Shown here piece by piece: positions 18,880 through 24,000 of a stretch of 24,000 bases of DNA. Source of the DNA: an uncultured Saprospiraceae bacterium (GTDB lineage: Bacteria; Bacteroidota; Bacteroidia; Chitinophagales; Saprospiraceae); contig CALKXE010000021.1 in the NCBI GenBank assembly GCA_938003955.1, positions 11,895 to 35,894 of the forward strand, given 5' to 3'. The translations under genes were made by a program, and so were the position numbers. Within the stretch, counting starts at the first letter, position 1; the number at the start of each line of letters is the position of its first letter. The notes beneath the pieces are model-generated. The model had not been told where the DNA came from. It saw only the letters and a list, made by a program, of their open reading frames with translations, and did not search any database.

Positions 18880-19770
18880 ATGAATGTAGGAGTAATCATA
18901 GCAAGATTTCAGACACCTTATCTTCACGAAGGACATAAAGCGCTCATGAGCGAGGTCACTAATAATCACGATAAACTGATCATCGTCCTAGGAGTATGTC
19001 CAGTAAGAGGAAGTAGAAAAAATCCGTATGATTACTTCACTCGTGAAAAGATGATCAAGCGGGAGTACCCTGAGGTGATCGTACTTCCCCTAAGTGATCA
19101 TCCAAGTGATACACAATGGAGCGACAACTTAGATAATATTCTACTCACTGCAGGTCCCGCAGAGCATTTTGTATTATATGGCAGTAGAGATAGTTTCATT
19201 CCATATTATAGTGGTCGAAACAAGACGATAGAGTTACCAGAACATGGAGGCCATAATGCCACTGAACTTCGTAAAAAATATGCGGACAAGGTCTTCGATA
19301 GTCAAGACTTCCGAGCGGGTATACTATATGCATATCATAATCAATATCCAAAAGTATATCCCACTGTAGATATAGCAGTATTCCGAAATGAAGGCAAAGA
19401 AATACTTCTAGGAAAGAAGCCAAACAATATGAAATGGAGACTCATCGGCGGATATGTAGATCCTAGTGACGAGAAGCTAGAAGATGCCGCACTACGAGAA
19501 CTCGAAGAAGAAGCAGGACCAATCGTAGTCAAAAACATGAGCTATGTGATGAGCACCAAAGTAGACGACTGGAGGTATAGAAGTGAAGTAGATAAGATCA
19601 TAACTACAGTATTCCGATGTGAATATGTAAGTGGAGAGTTCCAAGCACAAGATGATATTTGTGAATTAGGCTGGCATAATGTGAAAGATTTGCCGGAAAT
19701 GATAAAAGGTGGTGAAATTACACCAGAGCATGTTGTTATTATTGATAACACTAAATTTGTTTGGCAATAA
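18880..19770 (+). CDS. Bifunctional nicotinamide-nucleotide adenylyltransferase (NMNAT, NadM-like) / Nudix hydrolase
   Basis: N-terminal nucleotidyltransferase GVIIARFQTPYLHEGHKAL (HxGH motif) and VLYGSRDSFIPYYSG; C-terminal Nudix box GGYVDPSDEKLEDAALRELEEEAG. Confidence 0.9.
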   Translation: MNVGVIIARFQTPYLHEGHKALMSEVTNNHDKLIIVLGVCPVRGSRKNPYDYFTREKMIKREYPEVIVLPLSDHPSDTQWSDNLDNILLTAGPAEHFVLYGSRDSFIPYYSGRNKTIELPEHGGHNATELRKKYADKVFDSQDFRAGILYAYHNQYPKVYPTVDIAVFRNEGKEILLGKKPNNMKWRLIGGYVDPSDEKLEDAALRELEEEAGPIVVKNMSYVMSTKVDDWRYRSEVDKIITTVFRCEYVSGEFQAQDDICELGWHNVKDLPEMIKGGEITPEHVVIIDNTKFVWQ

Positions 19771-19782
19771 AAAAGGAAGATT

Positions 19783-20772
19783 ATGTGGTTCAAAAAATTA
19801 ATGGGATTCGAGGATACAATATATAAAGATGTCCAAAGTAATATCAGAGTGAATGATAATAGGATAGAGTCTTTAGTAAATGGAAACTCTTATCAGTATG
19901 GGAAACTAGAGGTTTTATCATTGAGTGAATTGAAAGAAACATCGCCACCACGAGAGGTTTACAAGGACAAAATCCAAATAAACCAAATTATAGCTAATGT
20001 AACAGATCTCCACAATGATAAAAACAATGAAAATGCTATGTTTCAAGCAGCTTCTCAGTTTAATCTATTAGAAATGATTGGCCCTCATATTAGTCCCGAA
20101 AATGGAGTTGACCGTTACGAAAGAGATTATACTCAAGGTCCTGCATGTGCAATTGCGTGCGGCGCAGGTACGATTTATAGAAATTATTTTGCAAATGTAA
20201 ATGGTCAAATAGGGCAAACAATTCATAACCAAATTGATTGTTTGTCTGAAATTGGAAATCAAATAAAAAATAAAGAATTGAATTTATGGAATATGCGAAA
20301 TGGCTATGCATTGCCTAGCAAAGCCGGAATTTTACATATCAATAAAACTATCCTTAGCCTTTCAAAAGAAGATAGGGAAAGCCTAAAATCGAAATTAAAA
20401 GTTGGTATTCAATCAGATACACAAGTTACAAGTTCAATTAGTGGACATTTAGTAAATCAGGTTTATTGTTCCGCACTTCCAGTTTCGTATTCACAATTAG
20501 AACCTATCCTATTTGAAACATTTGCAAGATTGATTTTAGAAGCAACATATGAATCGACCTTTTATTCTGCATTAAGAAATATGGACAAAACAGGATGCAA
20601 TAAACTATACCTAACATTAGTGGGTGGTGGTGCATTCGGAAACTGGAAAGAGTGGATCCTTGAGTCGATCTTAATTGCAGTTGAGAAGTTCAAATCAACA
20701 CCGTTAGATGTAAAAATAGTTAGTTTTAGTAGTGTTGATGAAGGAATAAATAAAATGTTGAAAGCATACTAA
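19783..20772 (+). CDS. Uncharacterized 329-aa protein encoded within the NAD+ salvage genes; possible macrodomain-like fold
   Basis: Intact ORF 12 nt after the NMNAT-Nudix stop and 13 nt before nadV. Distinctive motifs FQAASQFNLLEMIGPHISPENGVDRYERDYTQGPACAIACGAGTIYRNYF and LYLTLVGGGAFGNWKEWILESILIAVEKF. Fold assignment is inference. Confidence 0.7.
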   Translation: MWFKKLMGFEDTIYKDVQSNIRVNDNRIESLVNGNSYQYGKLEVLSLSELKETSPPREVYKDKIQINQIIANVTDLHNDKNNENAMFQAASQFNLLEMIGPHISPENGVDRYERDYTQGPACAIACGAGTIYRNYFANVNGQIGQTIHNQIDCLSEIGNQIKNKELNLWNMRNGYALPSKAGILHINKTILSLSKEDRESLKSKLKVGIQSDTQVTSSISGHLVNQVYCSALPVSYSQLEPILFETFARLILEATYESTFYSALRNMDKTGCNKLYLTLVGGGAFGNWKEWILESILIAVEKFKSTPLDVKIVSFSSVDEGINKMLKAY

Positions 20773-20785
20773 AAACACAATTACC

Positions 20786-22201
20786 ATGAAAAACAACAAC
20801 CTAATACTCCTAGCAGACGCATATAAATACAGCCACCACAAATTATACTACCCTGGTACTACTAAAGTATATTCTTACCTAGAAAGCAGAGGTGGATATT
20901 TTGACACAACAGTATTTTATGGCTTACAGTACTTCCTCAAAGAATACTTAATAGGTCGAGCATTTACTCAAGAAGATCTTGATGAAGCCGAAAAATTCAT
21001 GCCTCAAGTGTTTGGAAGAGATGATGTATTCGACAAATCAAAATTCCAATATATCTTAGATAAGCATGATGGTTACCTGCCTGTAAGAATCAAGGCTGTC
21101 CCAGAAGGAACAGAGATACCCGTAAGTAACGTCCTAATGACCATAGAAAACACAGATCCAGAATGCTATTGGTTGACTAACTTCTTAGAGACTTTATTAA
21201 TGCAGGTTTGGTACCCGAGCACTGTAGCTACAATCAGTAAAGAAGTGAAAAAACTAGTTGTGAAGTACTATGACGAAACAGCCACTGAAGAATCTAAGGC
21301 AGGAATTGACTATGTGCTCAATGACTTCGGTTTCCGAGGTGTGAGTAGTGTCGAAAGTGCTAGCCTCGGCGGCAGTGCACATCTTACCAATTTCAACGGA
21401 AGTGATACGATCGCTGCATCTGTCTTAGCTCGAGACTATTATAATGCTGAGAAAATCTACGGAGTAAGTGTACCCGCAACCGAACATAGTATAGTCACTT
21501 TACTCGGCGAAGAAGGAGAGAAAGAAATATTCGAACATGTAATCGATACCTTCCCCTCCGGAATCATTGCTTGTGTTTCTGATAGCTATAATATATTTAG
21601 AGCTTGTAAAGAGTATTGGGGTGAAGAACTGAAAGAGAAAATACTAAGTCGTGACGGCGTACTAGTAATCCGCCCAGACAGCGGAGACCCAACGATGACA
21701 TTATTGGCGATCTTTGAAATCTTGTTTGACAAATTCGGATTCGAGACGAATGACAAGGGTTACAAAGTTCTTCCACCACAAATACGGGTACTACAAGGAG
21801 ATGGCGTTAATTATGAATCTATCCGAGACATATATGAAAAAATAAAAGCTGCCAAAATTAGTGCAGAGAATCTACTATTCGGGATGGGCGGAGCACTTCT
21901 ACAAAAACTAGATAGAGATACTCAGAAGTATGCGCTTAAATGTTCCTATGCCGAAATAAATGGAGAGCCTGTAATCGTACAGAAACGCCCAACAGAAATG
22001 GATGCAAATGGAAACATTACAGAATCATTCAAAAAATCAAAAGGTGGTAGATTAAAATTGATTAATATAGATGGTGAATATAAAACGGTAAAAGAAGAGG
22101 AAAACCCTGACTATAAGGATGAGCTAATCACCGTCTTTGAAAACGGGATGATTGTTAAAGAGTGGAGTTTTGAAGAAATAAGGGATAGGGCGAAGATTTG
22201 A
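20786..22201 (+). CDS. nadV: Nicotinamide phosphoribosyltransferase (NAMPT)
   Basis: NNLILLADAYKYSHHKLYYPGTTKVYSYLESRGG, DFGFRGVSSVESASLGGSAHLTNFNGSDTI, VPATEHSI, VIRPDSGDP, LLFGMGGALLQKLDRDTQKYALKCS. Confidence 0.95.
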   Translation: MKNNNLILLADAYKYSHHKLYYPGTTKVYSYLESRGGYFDTTVFYGLQYFLKEYLIGRAFTQEDLDEAEKFMPQVFGRDDVFDKSKFQYILDKHDGYLPVRIKAVPEGTEIPVSNVLMTIENTDPECYWLTNFLETLLMQVWYPSTVATISKEVKKLVVKYYDETATEESKAGIDYVLNDFGFRGVSSVESASLGGSAHLTNFNGSDTIAASVLARDYYNAEKIYGVSVPATEHSIVTLLGEEGEKEIFEHVIDTFPSGIIACVSDSYNIFRACKEYWGEELKEKILSRDGVLVIRPDSGDPTMTLLAIFEILFDKFGFETNDKGYKVLPPQIRVLQGDGVNYESIRDIYEKIKAAKISAENLLFGMGGALLQKLDRDTQKYALKCSYAEINGEPVIVQKRPTEMDANGNITESFKKSKGGRLKLINIDGEYKTVKEEENPDYKDELITVFENGMIVKEWSFEEIRDRAKI

Positions 22202-22252
22202 TCTGAAGGTTTTTAGAAGTTATATATGTTTATTGCTTGTAGGAATTGCTAA

Positions 22253-22405
22253 TTGGGATGCTTTCCACCCCCTAGCCCCCTCCAAAGGGGGATATGCGGG
22301 GCATGGCTCTGGCAATGCCAAAATCACAATACGGAATCACCTGCCCGAGCCACTCTAAATATCCCCCTTTGGAGGGGGCGAAGGGGGTGGACGTCAACAT
22401 CCCAA
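22253..22405. repeat. Palindromic repeat element (copy 1), ~45-bp inverted arms
   Basis: Left arm TTGGGATG..TCCACCCCC..GCCCCCTCCAAAGGGGGATAT (22253-22295) pairs with right arm ATATCCCCCTTTGGAGGGGGCGAAGGGGGTGGACGTCAACATCCCAA (22359-22405). Confidence 0.9.
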
Positions 22406-22409
22406 ACAG

Positions 22410-22445
<36 letters not shown>

Positions 22446-22477
22446 CATACTTATATATTTAACGAAAATCTAAACCC

Positions 22478-22999
22478 ATGCTCCCACAGGCATCCAAAAG
22501 AAACAACTTTCACTACAACAAAAAGCTGAAACAATTTGCTAAACAAAACAAAAAGCAAATGCCGAAATCAGCTGTTTATATGTGGAAATTCATATTATCA
22601 AGTGGTCAGATGTTGGGATATAAATTCCGTAGAGAAAGACCAATTTTGAATTACATTGTTGACTTTGTTTGCCTAGAATTGATGTTAGTAATAGAAGTAG
22701 ATGGTATTAGCCATGAAACCGAGGAAGCATTTAGAAAAGATAGAAAACGAGATCAAAATTTGAAAGAAATTGGTTTTTCTGTTTTAAGATTTTCATCTTT
22801 GATTGTGATTAAAGACAGACCTTCGGTAAATGAGATTATTGCTGGATGGATTGAAGAAAATACAGATGGTCCTTCTATTGAGAGGGGAGGTAAACAAAAG
22901 AAGAAGGTTGTAAGTAAGATAGATAGTGGTCTTCCACCCCCGTTGCCCCCCCAAAGGGGGATTGAGCGCTTCATGGCTCTGGCAGATATAAGAATTTAG
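22478..22999 (+). CDS. DUF559 / PD-(D/E)XK-like endonuclease-domain protein (C-terminal tail derived from a repeat element)
   Basis: KSAVYMWKFILSSGQMLGYKFRRERPILNYIVDFVCLELMLVIEVDGISHETEEAFRKDRKRDQNLKEIGFSVLRFSS matches the DUF559 pattern. Confidence 0.85.
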   Translation: MLPQASKRNNFHYNKKLKQFAKQNKKQMPKSAVYMWKFILSSGQMLGYKFRRERPILNYIVDFVCLELMLVIEVDGISHETEEAFRKDRKRDQNLKEIGFSVLRFSSLIVIKDRPSVNEIIAGWIEENTDGPSIERGGKQKKKVVSKIDSGLPPPLPPQRGIERFMALADIRI

Positions 23000-23046
23000 A
23001 AAAACATTAGCCCGATCCACCAAATAATATCCCCCTTCGGAGAGGG
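22931..23046. repeat. Degenerate second copy of the palindromic repeat element
   Basis: CTTCCACCCCCGTTGCCCCCCAAAGGGGGATT...GCGCTTCATGGCTCTGGCA matches the left half of copy 1 (TTCCACCCCC..GCCCCCTCCAAAGGGGGATATGCGGGGCATGGCTCTGGCA); ATATCCCCCTTCGGAGAGGG (23027-23046) matches its right arm. Confidence 0.75.
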
Positions 23047-23176
23047 CAAAAGCGTTTAAGAATGAACGCTCACCACTATAGATTTACAGCAATGAGACAA
23101 TAAGAGGAAGTGAGCGTCAACAGCCAACTAGAACCAATCCGTCAACCTAAAAAGCACCAAACAAAAAACTTAACCT

Positions 23177-24000
23177 ATGAAAAAGATACTATTCCATACC
23201 AAAGCATACACCTACCTAGCTAACAAACTACTCGCAGAAGGGAAATATGAAGAAGGGCATATCGAACTATCCCACTTCGCAGATGGAGAAAGGTACCAAC
23301 GCATATTAACCAATGTAGAGGACCGAAAAGTCATCGTTCTTGGAGGAACAATTGATGATTCATCAACGCTAGAGTTATATGATCTTTGTAGTACGTTGGT
23401 GAAATTAGGTGCTAGTAGTTTGAGTATCGTAATTCCATATTTTGGATACTCGACCATGGAGCGAGCAGTGAAAGAGGGGGAAGTAGTAACTGCGAAAACA
23501 AGAGCTCGATTATTGTCTTCTATCCCACGGAGTACAAAGGGAAACAGAGTCTATCTATTTGATCTCCATACTGAGGGTCTTCCTCATTACTTTGAAGGTC
23601 ACCTGAGAGCGGTACACGTATATTGTAAGGATATCATCATGAAAGCAGTAAATGACTTTGGAGGAAGCGATTGTATTCTCGCGAGCACTGATGCTGGCCG
23701 GGCAAAATGGGTAGAATCACTAGCGAATGATCTCGGGTTACAAGCCGCATTTGCACTCAAGCGTCGCCTAAGTGGAACAGATACTGAAGTTACAGCCATC
23801 AATGCAGATGTGGAAAATAAGACCGTTATCATTTATGATGATATGATTAGGTCAGGAAGCAGTCTTATCAATGCAGCAAAGGCTTATAAAGAGGCTGGTG
23901 CCGGTAAGATATTTGTTATTACTACACACGGAATTTTCGTAAATGGCGCAGTTGAGAGACTTAAGAATTCTAGAGTAATCGAAAAGATCATTTGTACGGA
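23177..24000 (+). CDS. prs: Ribose-phosphate pyrophosphokinase (PRPP synthetase), 3' truncated by window; missing from the supplied ORF track
   Basis: Translated from ATG 23177: [43 protein letters not shown]...[15 protein letters not shown]...[31 protein letters not shown]...[38 protein letters not shown]; the DDMIRSGSS loop matches the PRPP-binding signature. Confidence 0.9.
   Translation, partial: MKKILFHTKAYTYLANKLLAEGKYEEGHIELSHFADGERYQRILTNVEDRKVIVLGGTIDDSSTLELYDLCSTLVKLGASSLSIVIPYFGYSTMERAVKEGEVVTAKTRARLLSSIPRSTKGNRVYLFDLHTEGLPHYFEGHLRAVHVYCKDIIMKAVNDFGGSDCILASTDAGRAKWVESLANDLGLQAAFALKRRLSGTDTEVTAINADVENKTVIIYDDMIRSGSSLINAAKAYKEAGAGKIFVITTHGIFVNGAVERLKNSRVIEKIICT

Noticed and set aside
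22753-23023. Minus-strand ORFs across the DUF559 gene and second repeat
   Set aside because: Antisense to the DUF559 domain; Pro/Gly-rich parts derive from the repeat.

Overview
24 kb from a probable Bacteroidota genome (AT-rich, TAnnTTTG-type promoter element, DUF2851/DUF4846 families, outer-membrane beta-barrel proteins). Contents, left to right: the end of a surface-polysaccharide cluster (truncated FkbM-like methyltransferase, GT4 glycosyltransferase, Wzx-type flippase, convergent wecB); DUF4846 lipoprotein, GNAT acetyltransferase, secreted alpha/beta hydrolase, large multi-domain lipoprotein; two tandem paralogous cassettes, each an ECF sigma factor followed by a protein with a cytosolic N-terminus, one TM helix, a long linker and a C-terminal OM beta-barrel (resembling dual membrane-spanning anti-sigma factors); acyltransferase, prfC, SPFH/prohibitin-like protein, DUF2851 protein; then an NAD+ salvage locus: NMNAT-Nudix fusion, uncharacterized 329-aa protein with weak macrodomain-like features, NAMPT (nadV), and a PRPP synthetase that runs off the window end and is absent from the supplied ORF track. 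A DUF559 endonuclease-like gene bracketed by G/C-rich palindromic repeat elements sits between nadV and prs. The best candidates for something new are the NAD+ salvage locus with its unknown 329-aa component and an operator-like dyad over its promoter, the tandem sigma/dual-membrane anti-sigma cassettes, and the DUF559/palindromic-repeat association.
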